A program made the translations under genes and the position numbers. Positions 8,419 through 15,865 of a stretch of 40,876 bases of DNA are shown here, in pieces. The notes beneath the pieces were generated by a model. The model worked only from the letters and a program-made list of their open reading frames with translations, did not search any database and was not told the origin of the DNA. Numbering within the stretch: position 1 is the first letter of the stretch; each line of letters opens with the position of its first letter. This DNA comes from Chloroflexota bacterium. GTDB taxonomy: Bacteria; Chloroflexota; Limnocylindria; Limnocylindrales; CSP1-4. Location of the stretch: positions 1-40,876 of the forward strand of contig JADGQH010000001.1 of assembly GCA_017881985.1 (NCBI GenBank), in the 5' to 3' direction.

Positions 8419-10380
8419 GTGAGCTCCAAGGCCACCCGCGCTCCCGCCCTCGAGGCGCTCTCGTTCGAACCCCGGACGCGTTCCCTCGATGCCGGGCTGG
8501 CCGCCCGGGCGAGCGCGACCGCCGCCCTGTACGCGGAGGCGGACGCGGACCAGGAGGCTTTCTGGGCCCGGCTGGCGCGCGAGCGGCTCACCTGGTCGAC
8601 CCCGTTCGGCGTCACGCTTGAGTGGGACCCGCCGTTCGCGAAGTGGTTCGTCGGCGGCGAGCTGAACGTCGCATACAACTGCGTCGACCGGCACGTGGAG
8701 CGCGGCCTGGGCGAGAAGGTGGCGTACCACTGGATCGGCGAACCGGGCGACACCCGCACGCTCACCTACCGCGATCTCCAGGGCGAGGTCAACCGGGCGG
8801 CGAACGCGCTGCTGGAGCTGGGCGTCCGCCGCGGCGACCGCGTCGCGATCTACCTGCCGATGGTGCCGGAGCTCCCGATCGCCATGCTCGCCTGTGCCAG
8901 GATCGGCGCGGCGCATACGGTGGTCTATAGCGGCTTCAGCGCGGAGGCGCTCGCCGACCGCATCAACGATGCGCGTGCGACGGTCCTCGTCACCGCCGAC
9001 GGCGGCTGGCGGCGCGGCCGCCGGGTGGGCCTCAAGCACCATGCCGACGAGGCCGTCGCGTCGACGCCGTCGATCCGCCACGTGGTCGTGGTCGGCCGAC
9101 TTGGCGACGGCGCCCACATGGTCGACGGCCGCGACCACTGGTGGGGCGAGCTCGTGGGCCGGCAGTCGGATCGCTGCGATCCGGTCCCGGTCGACGCCGA
9201 GCAGGTGCTCTTCCTCCTCTACACGTCGGGGACCACGGCCCGGCCGAAGGGGATCGTGCACACCTCGGCGGGCTACCTGCTGGGCTGCAGCTTCACCCAC
9301 GCTACGGTCTTCGACCTCCGGCCGGATGACGTGTACTGGTGTCCAGCCGACGTCGGCTCGATCACCGGCCACAGCTACGTCGTCTACGGCCCGCTGGCCA
9401 ACGCCGCGACCGGGATCCTCTACGAGGGCGCGCCGGACACGCCGGACTGGGATCGCTGGTGGCAGATCGTGGAGGAGCACCGGGTCACGCTCCTGTACAC
9501 GGCGCCGACCGCGATCCGGGCGTTCATGCGGCAGGGGCAGGCGCACCCGCGGCGGCACGACCTGGGTTCGATCCGGCTGCTGGGCACGGGCGGCGAGTCG
9601 ATCACCCCGGAGGCCTGGCGCTGGTTCCACGAACACGTGGGCGGGAGCCGCGCCCCCATCGTCGACACGTGGTGGCAGACGGAGACCGGGAGCATCATGA
9701 TCAGCCCGCTGCCCGGCGTCACGGTCGCCAAGCCCGGCTCCGTCGCCCGGCCGCTGCCCGGGATCGGGGCGGAGATCGTGGATGGCTCGGGCAACCCTGT
9801 CGCGAAGGGCGGCGGCGGATACCTGGTCCTGACACGGCCGTGGCCGTCGATGCTGCGCGGCATCCACGGGGACGAGGAGCGCTACCGGCAGACGTACTGG
9901 AGCCGCTTCCCAGGGCGCTACCTGACCGGTGACGGCGCGAAGCGCGACGAGGACGGTGACGTCTGGCTCCTCGGCCGCGTCGACGACGTCATCAACGTGG
10001 CCGGCCACCGGCTCTCGACGATCGAGGTCGAGACGGCGCTCGCGGACCACCCGGCGGTCGCGGAGGCCGCCGTGGTCGGCAGGACCGACGACGTGGCGGG
10101 CCAGGCGGTCTTCGCGTTCGTCACGCTCGAGGCCGGGCATGCGCCGTCGGACGCGCTCGCGGTGCAGCTGCGCGAGCACGTGGCCTATGCCATCGGGCCC
10201 ATCGCGCGCCCGGCATACCTTCTCTTCACGCCGCACCTGCCCCGGACGAGGTCCGGGGCGATCATGCGCCGGCTCCTGCGCGAGATCGCCGAGGGCCGGT
10301 CGCCGGGCGACACGAGCAGCCTGGCCGACGCGGGCGTCGTCGAGACGATCCGTGAGCACGCCGGCCGGGCGGAGGACTGA
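8419..10380 (+). CDS. acs: Acetyl-CoA synthetase (AMP-forming)
   Basis: 653 aa. Motifs: WFVGGELNVAYNCVDRH, LYTSGTTARPKGIVHT (AMP-binding), TWWQTETG and a C-terminal RTRSGAIMRRLLREIA. GTG start with a GGAGG SD 9 nt upstream. Confidence 0.95.
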   Translation: MSSKATRAPALEALSFEPRTRSLDAGLAARASATAALYAEADADQEAFWARLARERLTWSTPFGVTLEWDPPFAKWFVGGELNVAYNCVDRHVERGLGEKVAYHWIGEPGDTRTLTYRDLQGEVNRAANALLELGVRRGDRVAIYLPMVPELPIAMLACARIGAAHTVVYSGFSAEALADRINDARATVLVTADGGWRRGRRVGLKHHADEAVASTPSIRHVVVVGRLGDGAHMVDGRDHWWGELVGRQSDRCDPVPVDAEQVLFLLYTSGTTARPKGIVHTSAGYLLGCSFTHATVFDLRPDDVYWCPADVGSITGHSYVVYGPLANAATGILYEGAPDTPDWDRWWQIVEEHRVTLLYTAPTAIRAFMRQGQAHPRRHDLGSIRLLGTGGESITPEAWRWFHEHVGGSRAPIVDTWWQTETGSIMISPLPGVTVAKPGSVARPLPGIGAEIVDGSGNPVAKGGGGYLVLTRPWPSMLRGIHGDEERYRQTYWSRFPGRYLTGDGAKRDEDGDVWLLGRVDDVINVAGHRLSTIEVETALADHPAVAEAAVVGRTDDVAGQAVFAFVTLEAGHAPSDALAVQLREHVAYAIGPIARPAYLLFTPHLPRTRSGAIMRRLLREIAEGRSPGDTSSLADAGVVETIREHAGRAED

Positions 10381-10384
10381 GCAG

Positions 10385-11041
10385 ATGCCATTCGGGTTCC
10401 ATCGCCGTGCAGGCGTCGCCAAGGGGCTGCCCGCGGCGGGCGGGCCGGGAGCCTCTCACGCACGCTCGGCCGGCGGCGGCCGGGCCGGGGGCGCGCGGGC
10501 TGGCGTGCCGTTCGGCGGGCTCACCGAGGAGTGGCGGCTGGTCGGCGTGATGGAGATCGAGGGACGGCTCCTGGACATCCTCAACCGGCGCGAGGCGATC
10601 CCGATCGGAGAGATGACCTGGTCGACACTCGAGGCGCTGGCCGACCTGGAGCCGGCGCCGGGACTTCAGAAGGTGGACCCGTACGACCTGATCGTGGTCT
10701 TCGCGGGGGATCAGACCCTGCCTCCCCTCGACGAGGCGGAGAAGAGCGCGCTCCGGGTGCACAAGGTCGCCTACGACGTCGTCCTCGAGCTGCCGCCGTA
10801 CCGCGTGATCGGCACGGTCTTCCTGCACGCGGGATCCGAGCCGGAGCGACTGATGGACCGTGGGTCCGACCTCTTCTTCCCGGTCACGAACGCGGTCGCG
10901 CTGCTCGGCGATGTCCGGGTCAGCGACCCCGAGATCGATGTCGTGCTGGTCAACCGCTCGTACCTGCGGGGCGTCGAGCAGGTCGATCGGTTCGTGGTCG
11001 ACTCCGCGCGCGAGCGGCGGCCGATCCCTCCCGCGCGCTGA
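10385..11041 (+). CDS. Hypothetical protein, translationally coupled to acs
   Basis: The ATG is 4 nt after the acs stop, with a GGAGGA SD inside the acs 3' end at 8-nt spacing. 218 aa: a Gly/Ala/Arg-rich N-terminus, then a beta-rich region (WRLVGVMEIEGRLLDILN ... YRVIGTVFLHAGSEPERLMDR ... VVLVNRSYLRGVEQV). I recognise no family. High GC3 is consistent with coding. Confidence 0.6.
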   Translation: MPFGFHRRAGVAKGLPAAGGPGASHARSAGGGRAGGARAGVPFGGLTEEWRLVGVMEIEGRLLDILNRREAIPIGEMTWSTLEALADLEPAPGLQKVDPYDLIVVFAGDQTLPPLDEAEKSALRVHKVAYDVVLELPPYRVIGTVFLHAGSEPERLMDRGSDLFFPVTNAVALLGDVRVSDPEIDVVLVNRSYLRGVEQVDRFVVDSARERRPIPPAR

Positions 11042-11054
11042 GCGCCGGCGAGCG

Positions 11055-12296
11055 TCAGCCCGCCCGGGCAGGCACCTTGCGTCCGAACAGGCTGCGGATG
11101 GAGGCGCGGCTCGTCTCCTTCGCGCGTGGCCTCCCGACGACGCGCTCGGCAAGGGCGCGGAAGTCCTCGGAAACCTTCTCGTTCGGGAAGAGGTCGATCA
11201 CGGAGCGTCCCTGGTTGGCCGCCCGCACGAGGTAGAGCCCGGCCGAACGGATCTCGGCGAACGACGACATCCCCACCGTGCGCTCCATGTCGGCCACGCT
11301 CACGCCGCTGTTGGCGCGGTTGATCACCAGCGCGAGCTTGTCGCGGAAGCCGAGCTCGGCGGCCACGTCGCGCAGCTGCACCGCGGCGCGGAGCGCCGGG
11401 ACGTCCGGCGTGACCGGGACGAGGATCCGGTCGGCGCGGCTGAAGACCGCGCGGTTGAGCGTGTCGTAGTCGGGGTGGAGGTCGACGACGATCACGTCGA
11501 ATGACCGGCGCGCGCGGTCGATCGCCTCCGCGACGGCGGCGGAGTCGATGTTCTCGGTCTTCAGCGGGCTCGACGAGAGGACCAGCACCTTGAGACCCGA
11601 CGGGTGCGACGCGACGAGCTCCTCGAGGGTCTCGATCGCGGCGTCCGGCCCGCCTTCGCGGGTCTCGGCGAGCGAATCGACGAGCGTCCTGACGCTCGAC
11701 ATGCCGAGCGAGCTCGCGATGTGGCCGGTCACGGTGTCCGCGTCCACGAGGAGGACCGTCCGGCCCATCGCGACCAGGGACGCCGCCAGGTTCACCGCGA
11801 TCGTGGTCTTGCCCACCCCGCCCTTCGGGTTGAAGACGGCCAGGAACGTTCCTCGCCGCGACCAGTCGCCGGCCGAGAGGGGGCCGTTCTGGAGGACGGC
11901 ACCGCTGCCGTCGTCGATGGCCATCTGGCGAATCATCATCGCCTCGACGCGCCAGCGGAGCGCCTCTGGCGAATAGGGCCGGGTGAAGTACTCGTCGTGC
12001 GCGCCTGCCCGCCCCGCCGCGCCGGCCAGCCGGTCGAGCGTACGCGGCGAGACGATCATCAGGGCCGGGATGTCGCGACCCGGCTCGTGGAGGAGCCCGT
12101 AGTATTCGAGCGACTCGTCGAAGTCGCTCTCACCGTCGAGGATGGCGACCGCCACGTCGTGGCGGCTCGCGAGGAGTGCACCGAGGTCGTCCGGGCACGT
12201 GACGACGACGGGCTCATACTCGGCCTCGCGGAGGACGTCGACGACGTACTGCCGCTCGTCCTCGGGCAGGGCGATCGCGATCGCGGGGCGGGCCAT
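11055..12296 (-). CDS. Receiver-like domain fused to a MinD/ParA-type (CpaE/TadZ-like) deviant Walker A ATPase
   Basis: 413 aa. The N-terminal CheY-like fold has IAIALPEDE, VAILDGES and MIVSP, but Arg where the conserved Lys is expected (YFTRPY). Then FNPKGGVGKTTIAVNLA (KGGxGK[ST] deviant Walker A) and VLLVDADT. An AAAGGA SD lies upstream of the ATG at 12296. Confidence 0.85.
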   Translation of the reverse strand: MARPAIAIALPEDERQYVVDVLREAEYEPVVVTCPDDLGALLASRHDVAVAILDGESDFDESLEYYGLLHEPGRDIPALMIVSPRTLDRLAGAAGRAGAHDEYFTRPYSPEALRWRVEAMMIRQMAIDDGSGAVLQNGPLSAGDWSRRGTFLAVFNPKGGVGKTTIAVNLAASLVAMGRTVLLVDADTVTGHIASSLGMSSVRTLVDSLAETREGGPDAAIETLEELVASHPSGLKVLVLSSSPLKTENIDSAAVAEAIDRARRSFDVIVVDLHPDYDTLNRAVFSRADRILVPVTPDVPALRAAVQLRDVAAELGFRDKLALVINRANSGVSVADMERTVGMSSFAEIRSAGLYLVRAANQGRSVIDLFPNEKVSEDFRALAERVVGRPRAKETSRASIRSLFGRKVPARAG

Positions 12297-12331
12297 CCGG
12301 GCGGATCCTTTCGTGTTCGCGGGTTGTCTGG

Positions 12332-14017
12332 TCAGTCTTCGGGATCGTGAGCGCTCGCGGTCACGATCCCGTCGCTGCCACCCGTGACCCGGGCCTGGAA
12401 GCCGGGCAAGGTCGGGATCAGGTCACGAAGGGCGACCTCGGTCTCGTGCTGGACGGTGAACAGGAACTCGCCGTCCGGGCCGGACGACACGCCCACGTGG
12501 CGCACGCCGGCGGCGCGGCTGAGGTGACGCTTGAAGCTCGCGATGCTCGCCACGCTGACGAGACCGCTGACGATGACCTGGGTCGAGACCATGGGCACGC
12601 CCGGGCCAGCCTCGGCGCGCGCGGCGGGGGATGAGGCGGAGGGGACGAGGCCGGCCAGGCGGGCCGTCAGGTCCTGCTCGTCCATCTCCGGGATCTCCTG
12701 GAGCTCGGCGGCCGCCGCCTCGGCTGCGGCAATCTCGGCCGCGGCGAAGTCCGGGGTCAGGCCGAGCATCGAAAGGCGCGGGTCGGAGTCGTGCGTGGAC
12801 CAGGCCGGCATGGACGTACCCGCTGCGTCGGTCGCAACGTCCGCTGCGTCGGTCGCGGCGTCCGCTGCGTCGGTCGCAACGTCCGCGTCCGCAGTCGCCG
12901 CGGCGTCCGTGCGCACGTCTTCGCCGGTGCCGTCGGCCGACGCCATCGTCTCTGCCTCGAGCGAGGCAGCCGCCTCGGCGGCGGCCTGGATCGCCAGCAT
13001 CGCGGCCTCGCGGTCGAACGCGGCGTCGTCGGTCGGCGTCTCGGGCGAGGTCTCGGCGGATGGCGTGACAACGTCGTCGTCGACGGATGTCGCGACGAGC
13101 GCCGACGTCGGATCCGGCTCGATCGTGGCCGCCATCTCGACGACGGGCTCCGGCGCGATCTCGACGACGGGCTCCGGCTCGGCGATCGGCGCCGGGGCCG
13201 GGATCCCGACTGCGGGCTCGGTCATGAGGGCCGTGAACGCGGACTCGTCCGGCTCGTCGAACGTGGGCGCCTCCGGCATCTGCTGGGCGCGCGCCGCGAG
13301 GAGCGTGAGGTCGGTCTCGGCGAGCAGCTCGTCGAAGAAGGCCGCCATCTCCGCCTCGAACGACGCGATCTGTCCCTCGATCCGGGCGACGTCGCGCTCC
13401 ACGAGGGCGCGATGACGCGCGAGCTGGTCGTCGAGCTGCCCTCGACGGCCGGTGATGCGGGTATCGGTCTCTTCCCGGATCCGCGCGATCTCGACCTTCG
13501 ACCAGTCCTTGATGCTCGCGACGTCGTCGTCGGCGTGCCTGCGGAGCGCGCTCGCGTCCGAGACCGAGCGTCCCTGGATCTGCTCGACATACGCCGACCC
13601 ATCGACCCGGAACTGCTCCAGGGTCGCGGCACGCGCCTGCTCGGCGGCCACCTGCATCGCATGGGTCAGGTCGGTCAGGAACTTCGTCGGTCGGCGGGCT
13701 GGCGCGGCGTCCTGGGCCGGTGCAGAATCCGGCGCGTGCGGTGGCGTCGGCGCGCTCTCCGCGGCCGCCTCCACGGGCACGTCTGCCGATTCGGGCGGGT
13801 CGATCACGGCGGTCACCTCTTCGGCCGTTCCGGCCCCGCTCGATGCTCCGGTGTCGACCGCGGGCGCTGCATCGACGGCATCGAGATCGGATTCGTCGGG
13901 CCCGTCGGGAGACGCGCTCGGATCGTCCCCGAAGCCCTCGTCAAAGCCGTCGCGGGACGGTGCACGATCTGTGCTCCACGGGAGCCGGAAGCCGGTTCGC
14001 GATTCGGTGGTCGCCAT
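12332..14017 (-). CDS. Acidic Ala/Asp/Glu/Pro-rich coiled-coil protein with a small C-terminal globular domain (hypothetical)
   Basis: 561 aa with a GAAGGGA SD 9 nt upstream of the ATG at 14017. It has a disordered acidic N-terminus and a heptad-like coiled coil (SIKDWSKVEIARIREETDTRITGRRGQLDDQLARHRALVERDVARIEGQIASFEAEMAAFFDELL). These are followed by 7-aa acidic repeats and a C-terminal alpha/beta-looking module of about 90 aa (VSTQVIVSGLVSVASIASFKRHLSRAAGVRHVGVSSGPDGEFLFTVQHE...). It lies 35 nt upstream of the ParA-like gene on the same strand. Confidence 0.7.
   Translation of the reverse strand: MATTESRTGFRLPWSTDRAPSRDGFDEGFGDDPSASPDGPDESDLDAVDAAPAVDTGASSGAGTAEEVTAVIDPPESADVPVEAAAESAPTPPHAPDSAPAQDAAPARRPTKFLTDLTHAMQVAAEQARAATLEQFRVDGSAYVEQIQGRSVSDASALRRHADDDVASIKDWSKVEIARIREETDTRITGRRGQLDDQLARHRALVERDVARIEGQIASFEAEMAAFFDELLAETDLTLLAARAQQMPEAPTFDEPDESAFTALMTEPAVGIPAPAPIAEPEPVVEIAPEPVVEMAATIEPDPTSALVATSVDDDVVTPSAETSPETPTDDAAFDREAAMLAIQAAAEAAASLEAETMASADGTGEDVRTDAAATADADVATDAADAATDAADVATDAAGTSMPAWSTHDSDPRLSMLGLTPDFAAAEIAAAEAAAAELQEIPEMDEQDLTARLAGLVPSASSPAARAEAGPGVPMVSTQVIVSGLVSVASIASFKRHLSRAAGVRHVGVSSGPDGEFLFTVQHETEVALRDLIPTLPGFQARVTGGSDGIVTASAHDPED
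12821..12883 (-). repeat. Tandem repeat, 3 x 21 bp, in frame within the acidic protein gene
   Basis: Plus-strand units are cgctgcgtcggtcgcaacgtc / cgctgcgtcggtcgcggcgtc / cgctgcgtcggtcgcaacgtc. Copies 1 and 3 are identical and copy 2 differs at 2 nt. A degenerate fourth unit follows. It encodes DVATDAA/DAATDAA heptads. Confidence 0.85.
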
Positions 14018-14110
14018 GCTGCGCGGTCCCTTCTTGGGTCGTTGTGATCGACAGGGTCCGTCACCCGTTGCGGAGCCTAGGGGCGCGGAGCGGTGCGGTG
14101 GAGTTGACTA

Positions 14111-14142
14111 GTGGTACCACCTGGCACCGGCGGTGGTACCCC
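14111..14142. promoter_or_regulatory. Two copies of a palindromic GTGGTACC box (candidate operator pair) in the divergent region between the acidic-protein gene and moaA
   Basis: GTGGTACCAC at 14111-14120 is a perfect 10-bp palindrome. GTGGTACCCC at 14133-14142 repeats 8 of the 10 positions 22 bp downstream, about two helical turns. Together GGTACCACC-N10-GGTGGTACC also forms a 9-bp inverted repeat. TTGACT lies just upstream at 14104-14109. Confidence 0.35.
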
Positions 14143-14220
14143 CGACGCTTCCTTCGGTGCGGGCCTGCACCGGATCGGTGCGCGGAGGCGCCGCCCGCGG
14201 CCCCGATCAGGCGGGACGGC

Positions 14221-14226
14221 TACGAT
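14221..14226 (+). promoter_or_regulatory. -10 hexamer TACGAT just upstream of moaA (probable leaderless transcript)
   Basis: TACGAT (TANNNT) ends 9 nt before the ATG at 14236, with no SD in between. Confidence 0.3.
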
Positions 14227-14235
14227 GTCCGGGCC

Positions 14236-15285
14236 ATGAGCGACCCGACACCGGATCCGCGCCCCCGACCCGCCGAGGCGCCGCCGCGCGACCTGTTGGG
14301 CCGGAATCCGCGCGACCTCCGGATCTCGGTGACCGATCGGTGCAACTTCCGATGCGCCTATTGCATGCCCGCCGAGGTCTTCGGCCGCGACTACGCATTC
14401 CTGCCGCGGTCGCAGATCCTGCGCTTCGAGGAGATCGTCCGCCTGGCGGGGATCTTCGTCCGGCTTGGCGTGGAGAAGCTCCGGATCACCGGCGGGGAGC
14501 CGACCGTCCGCCGCGACCTCCCGGACCTCGTGCGCCAGCTCGCGGTCCTCGACGGCGTGCTCGACCTGACGCTGACCACGAATGGGTCCGCCCTCCGGAC
14601 CCTCGCGGCGCCGCTCGCCGACGCCGGGCTGCGGCGGATCACGGTGAGCCTGGACTCCCTCGACGACGCGGTTTTCCGCGCGATGAGCGGGGCCGACATG
14701 CCCGTCGCGCGGGTTCTCGAGGGCATCGCGGCCGCGAGGGACGCCGGCCTCGCGCCGCTCAAGGTGAACATGGTGGTCAGGCGCGGCAGCAACGAGGAGT
14801 CGATCATCCCGATGGCGCGCTGGGCGCGCGACGAGGACGTCATCCTCCGCTACATCGAGTTCATGGACGTGGGGACCGCGAACGGCTGGCGGATGGACGA
14901 GGTCGTGCCGCTGGCGGAGATCGTCGCCCGCGTCGACGGAGCGTTCCCGCTCGAGGCGTTGCCTCCCAACTACCCCGGCGAGGTGGCGACGCGATTCCGC
15001 TACCGCGACGGGACCGGCGAGGTCGGGGTGATCGCGTCGGTCACGGCGCCGTTCTGCGGCGCCTGCACCCGCGCCCGGCTGTCCGCGGAGGGCGAGCTCT
15101 TCACCTGCCTCTTCGCGGCGCGCGGGACGGACCTCCGCGGTCCGCTCCGGGACGGCGCCTCGGACGCTGAGCTGGAGGCGCTGATCCGATCGGTATGGGG
15201 CGCCCGCGACGACCGATACTCGGACCTCCGGAGCGCCGGGACCGCGAACCTGCCCCGCGTCGAGATGTTCGCGATCGGCGGCTGA
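14236..15285 (+). CDS. moaA: GTP 3',8-cyclase (molybdenum cofactor biosynthesis, radical SAM)
   Basis: 349 aa. Radical-SAM cluster motif CNFRCAYCMP, GGEPTVRRDL, and the C-terminal auxiliary cluster FCGACTRARLSAEGELFTC. Confidence 0.95.
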   Translation: MSDPTPDPRPRPAEAPPRDLLGRNPRDLRISVTDRCNFRCAYCMPAEVFGRDYAFLPRSQILRFEEIVRLAGIFVRLGVEKLRITGGEPTVRRDLPDLVRQLAVLDGVLDLTLTTNGSALRTLAAPLADAGLRRITVSLDSLDDAVFRAMSGADMPVARVLEGIAAARDAGLAPLKVNMVVRRGSNEESIIPMARWARDEDVILRYIEFMDVGTANGWRMDEVVPLAEIVARVDGAFPLEALPPNYPGEVATRFRYRDGTGEVGVIASVTAPFCGACTRARLSAEGELFTCLFAARGTDLRGPLRDGASDAELEALIRSVWGARDDRYSDLRSAGTANLPRVEMFAIGG

Positions 15286-15295
15286 GGTTCGCGGG

Positions 15296-15865
15296 ATGGG
15301 CCTGCCCGCTGCGGCGCCGGTCGCGGCGCTCGGGCGTCGGAGCGTCGCGTACATCGTCGACTCGCTGATCATCGGCCTCGCCTACGTCGTGATCGGCGTC
15401 CTCTTCGATTCCATCTTCGGGCCGCTCGTCGAGGCGACCCCCGACGGGCTGGCGCTCGTGGTGGTCGCGGTCAACCCGCTTCGCGTGGCCCTGGAGCTCA
15501 CGGCGACGCTCGTCGTCGACGCGCTCTACTTCGCCGGGTGCTGGTGCCGCTGGGGCGCGACGCCCGCCCAGCGCGTGCTCGGGATCCAGGTCCGGCTGGC
15601 GGGTGGCGCGCCTTCGGTGCCGGGTGAGCCCCGTGCGCTCCCGGTCGAGGCCGCCGGGCGTCGCTGGGCGGTCCTGGCGATCCTCCCGATCGCGATGGGC
15701 TCGCTCTCGGCGAGCGGTGCCGTCGACGTCAGCGTCCTGGCCGTCGTGAACGGCGCGTGGTTCCTGGCCCTGCTCGTCTCCGCGGCCGTGGACCCGCTCC
15801 GGCGCGGCCTCCACGACCGTGCGGGGGGCACGACCGTCGTCTCGATCGCCCGCCGTCCCGCCTGA
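15296..15865 (+). CDS. RDD-family membrane protein
   Basis: 189 aa. RRSVAYIVDSLIIGLAYVVIG ... GATPAQRVLGIQV ... LHDRAGGTTVV gives the R-D-D family pattern with about 3-4 TM helices. A GAGG SD lies 9 nt upstream, 10 nt after the moaA stop. Confidence 0.75.
   Translation: MGLPAAAPVAALGRRSVAYIVDSLIIGLAYVVIGVLFDSIFGPLVEATPDGLALVVVAVNPLRVALELTATLVVDALYFAGCWCRWGATPAQRVLGIQVRLAGGAPSVPGEPRALPVEAAGRRWAVLAILPIAMGSLSASGAVDVSVLAVVNGAWFLALLVSAAVDPLRRGLHDRAGGTTVVSIARRPA

Noticed and set aside
12821-12883. Tandem repeats here and at 30487-30540 as possible CRISPR or minisatellite elements
   Set aside because: The units are contiguous with no spacers, are multiples of 3 nt, and sit in frame inside coding sequences. 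They are low-complexity protein repeats, not CRISPR arrays.
14018-14235. A Moco riboswitch upstream of moaA
   Set aside because: I could not find the conserved Moco-motif elements as I remember them. A TACGAT -10-like hexamer ends 9 nt before the ATG, which suggests a leaderless transcript with no room for an aptamer. This needs an Rfam RF01055 scan to be certain.
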